Below are positions 8,088 to 17,590 of a DNA stretch of 31,228 bases, piece after piece (positions within the stretch are counted from its first letter, which is position 1; every line of letters begins with the position of its first letter). The notes below the pieces were generated by a model. The model was not told the origin of the DNA, searched no databases, and saw nothing but the letters and a program-made list of their open reading frames with translations. A program made the translations under genes and the position numbers. The DNA is from an uncultured Solibacteraceae bacterium. GTDB taxonomy: Bacteria > Acidobacteriota > Terriglobia > Bryobacterales > Bryobacteraceae. Location: the NCBI GenBank assembly GCA_964487165.1, contig CAZARO010000001.1:1-31228 (forward strand), written 5' to 3'.

Positions 8088-9493
8088 ACGAACGATTCCT
8101 TTCCATTGACGGGCAGTTGCGCGGCGCCATGAGCCCCCTCCTCTTGACGGCCGGCAACCGGTTCAGCCTCCGGACCGCGGTCAATCTGGCGTCCGGCCAG
8201 GACGAGAAATAGCACACCGAGCACGAAATAGAGTCCGACAAACCCGATTAGTGTGAACACGGTATCTCCGCCGCTGACCACTTTGCTATAGCCGTCCCGC
8301 GTATGAAAGAGGCCGTAGACAAGCCATGGCTGTCGTCCCAACTCAGCCGTCGCCCAGCCGAGCGTGTTAGCGATATACGGAAAGGGGAAGGCCAGCATCA
8401 GACCCCAAAGGAGCCACGTGGTGGTTTCGAGGCGTCCGCGCCATCTCTGGAAGACGGCGCAGGTCATGAGCAGGATGAAGATCGTGCCCAGAGTGATCAT
8501 GAGGTGAAACGAATAGTACAACAACTCCACGTTGTCCGGCCAGACTTCCACGGGATATTCATCCAGCCCATGAACGAAGCTCTGAAATGTGCCGTAGGCA
8601 AGAAAACTGAGCGCATCAGGCACTTCGATGGCATTGTCAAGCCGGTGCATACTGACATTCGGCTGTCCGATAACGGCGATACCGGCTCTCGATCCGCCCT
8701 CGAACTTACCTTCCATCGCGGCCAGTGTTACCGGCTGGTATTTGCCGACCATCTTGGCTTGCTGGTCGCCCGTCGGAAAAGCGACCAGAAGGGATGCGAT
8801 GAGTGCGGTCAGTGTCCCTGCCCGCAAATAGAGCCGCGCTTGGGTTGGATGCAGCTTTCGCAGCGTATAGAAGGCACCTATAGCACTCACGACGAAAGAG
8901 CCGGTTACCAGCGCGGCCACCTGGTTGTGAAAAAACTGCACCCAAACCCAACGATTCAGCAAAAAAGCACTTAGACTCGCGATGCCAAGCGAACCATCGG
9001 GCCGGATCTGGTAACCGGCAGGATGCTGCATGAAGGCGTTCGTGGCCAGGATGAAGAAGCCGGAGAGCCAACTCCCCAACGCGACGGCCAAGGCAGCCAC
9101 GAAGTGATACCTAGGGCCTAAGCGTTTCTCGCCCCAGATCAGCGCTCCGACGAATGCGCTTTCCAGAAAGAAAGCGAACATGCCCTCCATCGCCAGAGTC
9201 TGGCCGACCACGCCACCGGCGTAGCGCGAAAAGTCCGCCCAGTTGGTTCCGAACTGAAACTCCATGGGAATGCCAGTGACCACCCCCACGGCGAAATTCA
9301 GGCCGAAGATCTTCGCCCAGAACCGGGCGGCCTGGTTGTATTTTTCATCGCCGGTGCGAAGCGCGCGCCATTTCCAGTACACCAGGAACCAAGCCAGTCC
9401 CATGGTTAGCTGTGGGAACAGGTAATGGTAGGTGAGGGTGAAGCCAAACTGGAGTCGACTCCAAAATGCCGGATCGGAGAGATTCGCGTTCAT
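8084..9493 (-). CDS. cydA: Cytochrome bd ubiquinol oxidase subunit I (short Q-loop type)
   Basis: SRLQFGFTLTYHYLFPQLTMG (His ligand), GIPMEFQFGTNW, LAMEGMFAFFLES, NAFMQHP, LAAMEG, FHLMITLG (Met ligand) and AELGRQPW. Confidence 0.96.
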   Translation of the reverse strand: MNANLSDPAFWSRLQFGFTLTYHYLFPQLTMGLAWFLVYWKWRALRTGDEKYNQAARFWAKIFGLNFAVGVVTGIPMEFQFGTNWADFSRYAGGVVGQTLAMEGMFAFFLESAFVGALIWGEKRLGPRYHFVAALAVALGSWLSGFFILATNAFMQHPAGYQIRPDGSLGIASLSAFLLNRWVWVQFFHNQVAALVTGSFVVSAIGAFYTLRKLHPTQARLYLRAGTLTALIASLLVAFPTGDQQAKMVGKYQPVTLAAMEGKFEGGSRAGIAVIGQPNVSMHRLDNAIEVPDALSFLAYGTFQSFVHGLDEYPVEVWPDNVELLYYSFHLMITLGTIFILLMTCAVFQRWRGRLETTTWLLWGLMLAFPFPYIANTLGWATAELGRQPWLVYGLFHTRDGYSKVVSGGDTVFTLIGFVGLYFVLGVLFLVLAGRQIDRGPEAEPVAGRQEEGAHGAAQLPVNGKESFV

Positions 9494-9522
9494 GGTGAAG
9501 ATCCTCTCTACCGGTTAGAAGC

Positions 9523-9882
9523 TTACTTTGCGTCCGGTACAAACTGAGTGTTCGCGCCCGGTTTGAAAATCACGTAAGCCCGTTTCCACGGTTCGTCATT
9601 TACCAGGCGCCACTTGTGACCCGAGCCGGTGTGATCCTCTGCCACCAGCACATCCCCTGGACGAATGGTAAACGTCTCACCGCCAACGGTCACAAATTCG
9701 AGCACACCGGCCAAGGTAAGGACGTACTGAGGAGTCGGGTCATTGTGCCAGTCAAAACTGGAATGCGGAGCCGTCTCCTTAAACTGGATTGACTCGGCAT
9801 CCACTAACTTGCCATTCACAGAGCCGGGTATTACATGCGAGTTTCCATCAGGCCCCGTGTAGAGCCGGTATGCGCGAATCAT
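9523..9882 (-). CDS. Small cupin-fold protein
   Basis: [11 protein letters not shown] start, [19 protein letters not shown] and [14 protein letters not shown] cupin-like motifs. RBS AAGGAGA. Confidence 0.8.
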   Translation of the reverse strand: MIRAYRLYTGPDGNSHVIPGSVNGKLVDAESIQFKETAPHSSFDWHNDPTPQYVLTLAGVLEFVTVGGETFTIRPGDVLVAEDHTGSGHKWRLVNDEPWKRAYVIFKPGANTQFVPDAK

Positions 9883-11410
9883 TTGTTGTCTCCTTGGTGT
9901 TTATGTTGTCGATCTTCAAGATGGCCGCTGTTTCAGCCCGAAGCTGTTGGCACAATGCCGGGTTGTCGATAAGAGACTGCCCGTAGGAAGGGATCATTTC
10001 CTTCAGCTTGTTCGCCCATCCTTTTCGGGTCAGGTTGTCCCGGAAGCAGCGCTCAACCACTTGCAGCATGATCCAGACTGCAGTTGAAGCGCCAGGCGAT
10101 GCTCCCAGCATCGCAACGATAGAGCCGTCCGACGCGGTTACAAGTTCCGTACCGAATTGCAGGACCCCGCCGTGTGCCGGGTCCTTTTTGATGATCTGCA
10201 CCCGTTGCCCGGCCACTTCGACCTTCCAATCGTCCTCTTGTAAGTTCGGATAGAACTCCCGCAGCGCGCCGAAACGCTCCTCAGGGGACTCCAGGACCTG
10301 GCCGACCAGATACTTTTCGAGAGCGAGATTGCTTTTACCAACTGCCAACAGCGGGAGGAGGTTTTCAGGATCGATGGAGCCAAACAGATCCAGATAAGAC
10401 CCGTGCTTTAGAAACTTTGTCGAGAAGCCCGCATATGGCCCGAAAAGCAGAGAGACTTTGCCCTCGATGTGGCGCGTGTCAAGATGAGGCACGGACATGG
10501 GAGGCGATCCGACGGAAGCTTTGCCGTATACCTTCGCATGGTGACGAGAAGCAACTTCGGGGTTATCGCAGCGAAGCCAGATTCCGCTCACTGGAAATCC
10601 CCCATACCCGCGGCCTTCGGGTATCCCTGATTTCTGCAACAGGGGCAGCGATCCGCCTCCGGCGCCCATGAAAACAAACTTGGCCTGGATATAACGGTGC
10701 TCGCCGGTTGTCTCGTCCCTGATCTTCAGTCTCCAGGTGTCCCCGTCGCGCTCCAGATCTTGCACCCGGCTGAAGAAATGAATGGAAAACTCATCCTTAC
10801 CGCGAAGCGATTGAAGCAAATCCTTTGTGAGCGCACCGTAGTCCACGTCGGTACCGGTCGCCATGCGCGTTGCTGTGACCACATCGCCAGGATCGCGCCC
10901 TTCCATGATCAGGGGCAGCCATTGCCCAATCTGTTTCGCGTCCTCCGAATACTCCATCCCGTAATAGAGAGGATGGTTCGAAAGCGCCGCGTAGCGCTTC
11001 CTCAGGAAATTGCGATTCTCGATCCCGCGCACGAAACTGAAATGGGGCACAGGATGAATGAACGACTCGGGGTCCCGGATAGCTCCCTTTTGCACCAGGT
11101 AGGCCCATAGCTGCCGCGAGAGATCGAACTCCGTGTTAACTTGCAGCGCCTTTGAAATGTCGACGCTACCGTCAGCCTGCTCCGGAGTATAGTTGAGTTC
11201 ACAAAGTGCCGCATGGCCGGTTCCAGCGTTGTTCCAGGCATTTGAGCTTTCCTGCGCCTCGCTGCCCAGCACTTCATGGATCTCTATGTTCAGCCTGGGA
11301 TCGAGTTCCTTCAGTATTACCGCGAGTGTAGTGCTCATGATGCCGGCGCCGATGAGAACGACATCCGGGAACGATGAATCTTTCGCTGCAGTGTTGATAG
11401 AGCTGGTCAT
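9848..11410 (-). CDS. mqo: Malate:quinone oxidoreductase
   Basis: [18 protein letters not shown]-binding motif, [62 protein letters not shown] and [11 protein letters not shown]. Confidence 0.97.
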   Translation of the reverse strand: MTSSINTAAKDSSFPDVVLIGAGIMSTTLAVILKELDPRLNIEIHEVLGSEAQESSNAWNNAGTGHAALCELNYTPEQADGSVDISKALQVNTEFDLSRQLWAYLVQKGAIRDPESFIHPVPHFSFVRGIENRNFLRKRYAALSNHPLYYGMEYSEDAKQIGQWLPLIMEGRDPGDVVTATRMATGTDVDYGALTKDLLQSLRGKDEFSIHFFSRVQDLERDGDTWRLKIRDETTGEHRYIQAKFVFMGAGGGSLPLLQKSGIPEGRGYGGFPVSGIWLRCDNPEVASRHHAKVYGKASVGSPPMSVPHLDTRHIEGKVSLLFGPYAGFSTKFLKHGSYLDLFGSIDPENLLPLLAVGKSNLALEKYLVGQVLESPEERFGALREFYPNLQEDDWKVEVAGQRVQIIKKDPAHGGVLQFGTELVTASDGSIVAMLGASPGASTAVWIMLQVVERCFRDNLTRKGWANKLKEMIPSYGQSLIDNPALCQQLRAETAAILKIDNINTKETTNDSRIPALHGA

Positions 11411-11788
11411 AAAACGGTCTCCTTAGTGTTTTCTACCTAAGACGGTCGCGCACTTACAAAGGGCAAGCGTGATTCCAAAACAGACCCCCACTGGAAGCAA
11501 ACGGCGTAGACGCCGAAAGCGTTGCTGTTCGGTGTTCCTCCTACGCCGCGTGGTGTCAACATATCGCCGCCACACGTTCAAGCAGAGTTGAGGCCGCCGC
11601 CCACCGTAAACAAAGCGGCACGAGCTACTGCGTTACCTGTGCTGGTTTCACGGTCTGCCCAAATATTGACACGAGTGTCGAGTGCCGAACTCGATTTGGG
11701 GCAGTTGGACCAATTGCGGTTGCGCTCGTCCCGTCCGGCAGGAGGGCTTTTTCGATGTGGCGGATTAACTGCATAAAAGGGTGCCGAA

Positions 11789-13246
11789 GTGATGCGGAAT
11801 CATAAACGCGCGCCCCGGGTGGGAGCACGAAGCGCAGTCATCCTGTTGGCAGCGGTCAGCCGTCTGTTCGCCCAATCGCCGCCCATATCGCCTGATGTTC
11901 CGTGGCATTCGCGCGAGGAACGGCAAGCAATCAGCGACGCGCACCGTTTTCGTTCACCGGCCCTGCACATAGAGCCCGATCGAGTCTATTCGTTGGCCGA
12001 GTTGATCGACCTGGCCGAAGCGCACAATCCGGAAACGCGGGTCGTCTGGGAAAGTGCGCTTGCCCAAGCCGCCGCGCTCGGGGTCGCCCGCAGCGAATTA
12101 TTTCCCACGCTCGCCGCGGTAGCGCTAGCGGGCGTCGATCGGCAGGATGCCGGCCTGGGTTCGCAGTTCTATCGGCAGACGATCCCGAGCTTTCAGATCT
12201 CGCTCAATCTCAACTACACGGTCTTCGACTTCGGTGCTCGCCGAGGCCGGATCAATGCCGAAAGCGCGCGGCTTCTGGCCTCGAACTTCGGTTTCAACGA
12301 TGTTCACAGGCAGCTGATCTATGACGTTTCGCTGGCTTATTACCGTTTGCTCAATGCGGCGGGGCAGGAAGAAGCGGCCGGGGCAAGCCTGGTAAACGCG
12401 CAGAATGTGCAGCAGGCTGCTGAAGAACGGCTCCGTAACGGTTTGGCGACTTTGCCGGACGTATTGGAAGCGCGCAGCGCCACGGCTCAGGCGCAATACG
12501 ATTTACAGGCGGTCTTGGGAGCGGAGCAGATCGCGCGTGGCGACTTGCTGACCGCGTTAGGGGCGTCCGCTTCCACCGCGATTCGTGTGCAGCCCTTAAG
12601 TGAGGTTCCGACGCCGGAAGCGGTGGCAGACACTGTCGAAGCCGCGATTGCACGCGCGCTCGACCAGCGCCCCGACCTTCAGGCGCAGTTCGCCGCGGTT
12701 CGCGCTGCGCAAGCAGAACGACAAGAAGCGCGGGCCGTGTTTTATCCCAACCTGAGCCTGACAGCAAACCCGGGCGCACAATCCCTTTATCTCCTGCAGC
12801 AGGCGCTTCCTTGGGGGCACACTGCGGACCTGACTGGTGGGGTGGCGTTCAGCCTCAACTGGACGGTTTTTGACGGAGGCGCCCGGCGCAACCGACTGGC
12901 GCAAGCGGAGGCTCAGATCCGCCAAGCCAAGGCGGAAGTCAGCGCCGCGCGCGATAGGATTGAGGACCAGGTTTGGACTGCCTATTCGAACTTGAACACC
13001 GCATTCCGCCAACGGCTGGCTGCAATTGAGTTGGTGAACGCCGCGACCCAATCTTATAGCGCTGCGCTTGCATCTTACAACTACGGCGTTAGGAACCTAC
13101 TGGATGTCACCAACGCTCAGAAGGTCCTGGCCGAGGCGCGCTCGACCGAGGTGTTCGCGCGGACCCAGGTGCTCGCGGCGCTGGCGGATCTGGCATACCG
13201 GGCCGGCGATGCGATTCAGGCAAATACGAGGAAGACTCACCCATGA
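11789..13246 (+). CDS. TolC/OEP-family outer membrane efflux protein
   Basis: Signal peptide (GTG 11789 or ATG 11792, cleavage near LFA-Q), SLAELIDLAEAHNPET, FDFGARRGRI, ALDQRPDL and FDGGARR: two OEP repeats. Confidence 0.9.
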   Translation: MMRNHKRAPRVGARSAVILLAAVSRLFAQSPPISPDVPWHSREERQAISDAHRFRSPALHIEPDRVYSLAELIDLAEAHNPETRVVWESALAQAAALGVARSELFPTLAAVALAGVDRQDAGLGSQFYRQTIPSFQISLNLNYTVFDFGARRGRINAESARLLASNFGFNDVHRQLIYDVSLAYYRLLNAAGQEEAAGASLVNAQNVQQAAEERLRNGLATLPDVLEARSATAQAQYDLQAVLGAEQIARGDLLTALGASASTAIRVQPLSEVPTPEAVADTVEAAIARALDQRPDLQAQFAAVRAAQAERQEARAVFYPNLSLTANPGAQSLYLLQQALPWGHTADLTGGVAFSLNWTVFDGGARRNRLAQAEAQIRQAKAEVSAARDRIEDQVWTAYSNLNTAFRQRLAAIELVNAATQSYSAALASYNYGVRNLLDVTNAQKVLAEARSTEVFARTQVLAALADLAYRAGDAIQANTRKTHP

Positions 13247-13500
13247 GCAAGACTTTTCGAAACTTGGGCCTGGCGTTCTTTCCACTGGTTTTGACGAGCT
13301 GCAGCCGTGCCCCGTCGTTTGATATCTTCGGTTCCTTTTTTCCCGCGTGGCTCTTTTGCGTGTTGCTGGGCCTGTTGCTCACGGCTGCAACCCGTCAGGT
13401 ATTTGTGCGCGTCCATGTTGTACTCGCCGTCCCCGTATTGACGTATCCTTGCCTCACCGCAATGTTCACATTTGCGATCTGGCTCGCGTTCTTTAGTTAG
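13243..13500 (+). CDS. ytcA: YtcA-family small lipoprotein/membrane protein
   Basis: Lipobox-like LTSC followed by SRAPSFDIFGSFFPAWLFC, the YtcA pattern. ATGA overlap with the OMF gene, and it sits directly before an MdtN-like gene. Confidence 0.75.
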   Translation: MSKTFRNLGLAFFPLVLTSCSRAPSFDIFGSFFPAWLFCVLLGLLLTAATRQVFVRVHVVLAVPVLTYPCLTAMFTFAIWLAFFS

Positions 13501-13511
13501 CGAGGAGCCTT

Positions 13512-14726
13512 ATGGAACCCACGAGTGGCAATAAGACCGGAATCCGGGTTGGCCGAATTCTAAGCATTCTTATCGTGACCGCGGCAATCGTATTAGGTCT
13601 CGCGGTGGTTCATCATGCGGGCCGCTACCCGCGGACCGACGACTGCGAGGTTCTCGCGAATTTTATCGGGATTGCGCCGCAAGTCGAAGGCCCTCTCATC
13701 CGGCTAAATGTGCAGGATAATCAGTTTGTGAAAAAAGGAGATCTCCTTTTCGAAATTGACGACCGGCCGTATCGGTACATGCTGGAGAAAGCAATCTCCG
13801 AACAGTCCACGCTGGAGGGGCAGATTTCCGATGAGCGCCGGAAGATCGCGGCCCTGGTGAGCGCAGTCTCAGTTTCGGAGGCAAACATCCACAGCACGGA
13901 AGCTGACGTGATTCGATGGGCGGCCGCAGTCGATCAAGCCACGGCAGATGTTGCCGTCGCCGAGGAGGCTGTCAGCCGTGTGAAGGCCGAGTGGACTTAT
14001 GCCAACAACAACCTGCATCGAATTGAGCCGCTGCTGGTGAAGCAGTTTGTCACCGTCGATCAGGTTGACCGCGCCAGGACCTCAGAGGTCGCGCAGTCAC
14101 AAGCCTTGAAGCAGGCCGAGTCTCAACTATTACAAGCCAAGGCCGCGCTCAAGTCCACAGTCGCGCAGGAACAGCGCTCAGAGGCGATGGTCGCGCAGAG
14201 CAGGGCCCAGCATGAGCAGTCTCAGAACGCCGTCACTACACTGGAGCCACTCATCAATCAGCGGGGCGGGCGGGCTTCAGCCATCGAAACTGCTCAGTAC
14301 AATCTCACCAACTGTCGAGTGTACGCTCCGTTTGACGCCCGGGTGACGAATCTTACGATTGCCGAGGGCGCGTATGCGCACGTCGGCCAGCAAGTGTTCA
14401 CGCTAATCGACGCACGGACGTGGTGGGCGGTTGGGAACTTCCGCGAAGGGCAACTGCAGCACATCGTGCCGGGAATGCGGGCAGACGTTTACCTCTTGTC
14501 CAAACCGGACATTCGCTTTTCCGGCGTAGTGGATAGCGTTGGCTTCGGTGTGACACCGGACGCGGACGTGGTGGGCCGGTTCGAACAGGGTCTACCGGAT
14601 GTGCAGAGAACGCTGAACTGGGTACATCTCGCATCCCGCTTTCCGGTTCGCGTGCGGGTTGAACACCCTTCGCCGGATCTGTTTCGCGTGAGTGAGTCAG
14701 CCGTGGTAGTAATTCGCGGGCGCTGA
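13512..14726 (+). CDS. HlyD-family periplasmic adaptor (MdtN-like)
   Basis: N-terminal TM helix, PRTDD, IAPQVEGPL..L.VQDNQFVKKGDLLFEID lipoyl half, long coiled coil, VYAPFDARVTNL, and GLPDVQRTLNWVHLASRFPVRV. Confidence 0.9.
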   Translation: MEPTSGNKTGIRVGRILSILIVTAAIVLGLAVVHHAGRYPRTDDCEVLANFIGIAPQVEGPLIRLNVQDNQFVKKGDLLFEIDDRPYRYMLEKAISEQSTLEGQISDERRKIAALVSAVSVSEANIHSTEADVIRWAAAVDQATADVAVAEEAVSRVKAEWTYANNNLHRIEPLLVKQFVTVDQVDRARTSEVAQSQALKQAESQLLQAKAALKSTVAQEQRSEAMVAQSRAQHEQSQNAVTTLEPLINQRGGRASAIETAQYNLTNCRVYAPFDARVTNLTIAEGAYAHVGQQVFTLIDARTWWAVGNFREGQLQHIVPGMRADVYLLSKPDIRFSGVVDSVGFGVTPDADVVGRFEQGLPDVQRTLNWVHLASRFPVRVRVEHPSPDLFRVSESAVVVIRGR

Positions 14727-14742
14727 CGGAATCGAGAAAGTT

Positions 14743-15306
14743 ATGACCGTAATTCAGGAAAAGAAACAATTCGAGCATGTTGACGCAGGCAACGCAGTCT
14801 TCCGGGCGATCGTGCTGGCGATCTCATGTGTGATTACCTTCCGGCTCATCACCCATATTCTGGCTAGTGTGTACTCTATTTCCAGGGACGACAATCTTCT
14901 GGGAGGGATGTGGGCCGTGGTAGCTACGATTTTCGTATTCCGGCAAAGTCACGCGGAGAGTGTACACGCAGCCTTGTCGCGCATGTCCGCTACATTAATG
15001 AGCTTCGCACTCTGTTTTGTTTATTTGCTGATCCTCCCATTTCATGTTTGGGGGATGGCAGGGCTGATCGCGATCGGCGCAATCGCGCTGGCGATGATCG
15101 GCCGCGCGGAGGACATTATGACGACGTCGATTACAACGGCGGTGGTTATGGTTGTGGCTGCGATAGGTCCTGAAAACGCCTGGCGCGAGCCTATTCTGAG
15201 GCTTGTCGATACGGCGTTTGGAGCCGCGATCGGTGTGGGAGCAGCCTGGATTTGCGCCTTCAGCCCTCGCGCTGTAACCGGCGCAGTGTCGGATGGTCAG
15301 GAATAG
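14743..15306 (+). CDS. Small FUSC-like (FUSC_2/ArAE-type) membrane protein
   Basis: About 6 hydrophobic segments, GGMWAVVATIFVF...S..AALSRMSAT, and the ITTAVV...RLVDTAFGAAIG pattern typical of FUSC-type cores. Confidence 0.7.
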   Translation: MTVIQEKKQFEHVDAGNAVFRAIVLAISCVITFRLITHILASVYSISRDDNLLGGMWAVVATIFVFRQSHAESVHAALSRMSATLMSFALCFVYLLILPFHVWGMAGLIAIGAIALAMIGRAEDIMTTSITTAVVMVVAAIGPENAWREPILRLVDTAFGAAIGVGAAWICAFSPRAVTGAVSDGQE

Positions 15307-17454
15307 ATGGCGTCAATTGCACAAGCGCTTCCAAGCGCGGACAGCCGGGTCACCTGGTTCTCGGAGTTTCTGAAAGAGGAACTCGCCCCGTACCGGGGAA
15401 GGGCCCTGCTCGTGACGCGAATGGTAGTGGCGTCAACGCTCGTCATGATCGTCACTATGACGTTCCGGCTTCCCTATGGCGCATATGGCGCGATTTATGC
15501 GTTGATTCTTTCCCGGACAAGCTTGGAAGCTACTGCGAGCGCCGTTCGCATGATTGCCATTGGCTTCCTGCTGGCTGGAGCATACATCATCCTTGGACTC
15601 ATGGTCGCGCTGGCCGATCCGATCCTGCGCTTCGCATGGATCACCGCGGGATTCTTCGGCGGTTTCTGGGCGATGAGTGCCCTCAATAACTATGCCGCAT
15701 CGGGCCGATTCGGCTATTTGATCGCGATCACCGTCACGTTGTGGGACCGGCCCATATCTCCGGCCCCAAAGGTAGAGAGCACTCTTTGGGCAGTAGGAGT
15801 GATCACACTCGCGAGTATTATCGCCCTGCTGATGGAGATCGCGTTTGCAGCGTTCAGGACGTCCGACGATTTGGCCGAGGGCATGACAGAACGGCTGACG
15901 TGCGTAGAAGAACTGCTGACGCAATACGTGACCGGCGAAGCGGCCACTGCTTCCATCCGGACGACGCTCGCGCGCCTGGCGATGACTGGCACATCGCGAA
16001 TGCGGCTAATCCTCCGCCGTTCCGGCTTTGACCCGCAGTACGCGGCGCAAATGGGCGCCGTAGTGGCGCTAACCGGCCGGCTCGTGGACCTGGCCGCGAA
16101 CCTGCCGTATTTCTCCGGCCTCGTGCCGGAGGGCGATCGTGAGCGCGTTGCCAAAGTCGCGACTCATATACGAGAAATCCGCGACGGCGTCGCCGGAGGC
16201 TCGGTTCCGCAGGTGTCTGAATTCGAAGCTGGAGGCGGGGCTCCGTGCAGTCTTCCCCTCTTCGCCGAAATTGAACAAACCGTCTCGCTGATAGTGCAAG
16301 CTCTCGCGGGATCTAAGTTCCCGAGCGTGTTTGCGCCATCCCCGGATCTCGGCGCGGGGAGGGTTAAAACTTATCTCAGCGGCAAGCTGCTGGATCCTGA
16401 ACATCTTAGATTCGCCCTGCGAGGCTGTCTCGCGGCAACCAGCTGCTACGTGATCTTCAACGTTCTGTTTTGGCCGGAGATTTCCACCGCGGTGACGACT
16501 TGTTTCGTCACGGCTCTCACCACCATCGGAGCGTCCCGGCAGAAGCAGGTGTTACGCTTCGCGGGTGCCCTTGTCGGCGGTTTCGGTATCGGTTTCGGTG
16601 CTCAAATATTCATACTTCCCTACATCGACTCGATCGCCGGGTTTACGGTGCTGTACATCGCCGCCATCACCATCGCGGCCTGGATTGCGACATCGAGCCC
16701 GCGTCTCTCTTACTTCGGCGTGCAGTTGGGAGTGGCTTTCTGCCTGATCAACTTGCTGGAATTCAAATTTCAAACCTCGCTCGCTGTGGCTAGGGATCGT
16801 GTGGTCGGGATTCTGCTCGGGCTGTTCATGATGTGGCTGTTTTTCGATCACCTTTGGAGCACGCCGGCCGGTTTGGAGATGAAGCGGACATTCACTTCTG
16901 CCTTGCGGTTGCTGGGACGGCTCGCTCGGGGACCGGTTTCGAACGATCTCCGGAAGGCAATTGAGGACAGCTATTTGCTGCGCGAGGAAATCAACGATAA
17001 GTTCGACCGCGTGCGATCGCTCGCAGACGGAGTGCTTTTCGAACTCGGTCCCTCACGGAGCAGCGATCTCGAATTGCGAGCTCGGATTCGTCGCTGGCAA
17101 CCTCAACTCCGCGCCCTCTTCGTGATGCGGATTGCATTGCTCAAGTACCGCCTCCAGGCGCCCGGGTTCGAGTTGCTGGGTGCAGTTCGCCTGCGCCAGG
17201 AAGCGTACGACGATGTCTCCGCCAGGGCACTGGAGGAAATGGCGGATCGCATCGAGAGTCAGGTCCCGGGGATCGGAAGCCGCGTCGAACATAGGGACGA
17301 GTTGAAGCGGAGGCTTTACGAGGCCGAAGCCGAAGCGTCCCGGGATTTGCCGCATCCGCAGGCGCAGTCGTTCCTTACCTTGCTCCGCGGCGTAGACGCA
17401 CTAACAGACTCTCTCGCGGCGGAAATCGCGGAAGAGTCCCTCGCTCCGTCTTGA
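15307..17454 (+). CDS. FUSC-family inner membrane efflux component (MdtO-like)
   Basis: FLKEELAPYRGR start and two TM bundles. The second bundle has HLRFALRGCLAA...WPEISTAVTTC...STIGASRQKQVLRFAGAL.GG and VARDRVVGILLG. Its ATG directly follows the upstream TAG. Confidence 0.85.
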   Translation: MASIAQALPSADSRVTWFSEFLKEELAPYRGRALLVTRMVVASTLVMIVTMTFRLPYGAYGAIYALILSRTSLEATASAVRMIAIGFLLAGAYIILGLMVALADPILRFAWITAGFFGGFWAMSALNNYAASGRFGYLIAITVTLWDRPISPAPKVESTLWAVGVITLASIIALLMEIAFAAFRTSDDLAEGMTERLTCVEELLTQYVTGEAATASIRTTLARLAMTGTSRMRLILRRSGFDPQYAAQMGAVVALTGRLVDLAANLPYFSGLVPEGDRERVAKVATHIREIRDGVAGGSVPQVSEFEAGGGAPCSLPLFAEIEQTVSLIVQALAGSKFPSVFAPSPDLGAGRVKTYLSGKLLDPEHLRFALRGCLAATSCYVIFNVLFWPEISTAVTTCFVTALTTIGASRQKQVLRFAGALVGGFGIGFGAQIFILPYIDSIAGFTVLYIAAITIAAWIATSSPRLSYFGVQLGVAFCLINLLEFKFQTSLAVARDRVVGILLGLFMMWLFFDHLWSTPAGLEMKRTFTSALRLLGRLARGPVSNDLRKAIEDSYLLREEINDKFDRVRSLADGVLFELGPSRSSDLELRARIRRWQPQLRALFVMRIALLKYRLQAPGFELLGAVRLRQEAYDDVSARALEEMADRIESQVPGIGSRVEHRDELKRRLYEAEAEASRDLPHPQAQSFLTLLRGVDALTDSLAAEIAEESLAPS

Positions 17455-17590
17455 GGGTTTGACGGTGGTTGGTACAGTGCGGCAAGTGTCGAAACCCCGT
17501 CGAAGTGGCTGCAGTTCGCCCAGCTAGAAATCAAGACTCTGGCAAGACTTTTCATCTAACTCGATCATTTTCAAGCGGAGCCAGCCAACC

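Noticed and set aside
11617-11787. Two sigma-54-like sequences (CGGCACGAGCTACTGC on plus, CGGCACCCTTTTATGC on minus)
   Set aside because: Both have 11 nt between GG and GC. Sigma-54 needs exactly 10.
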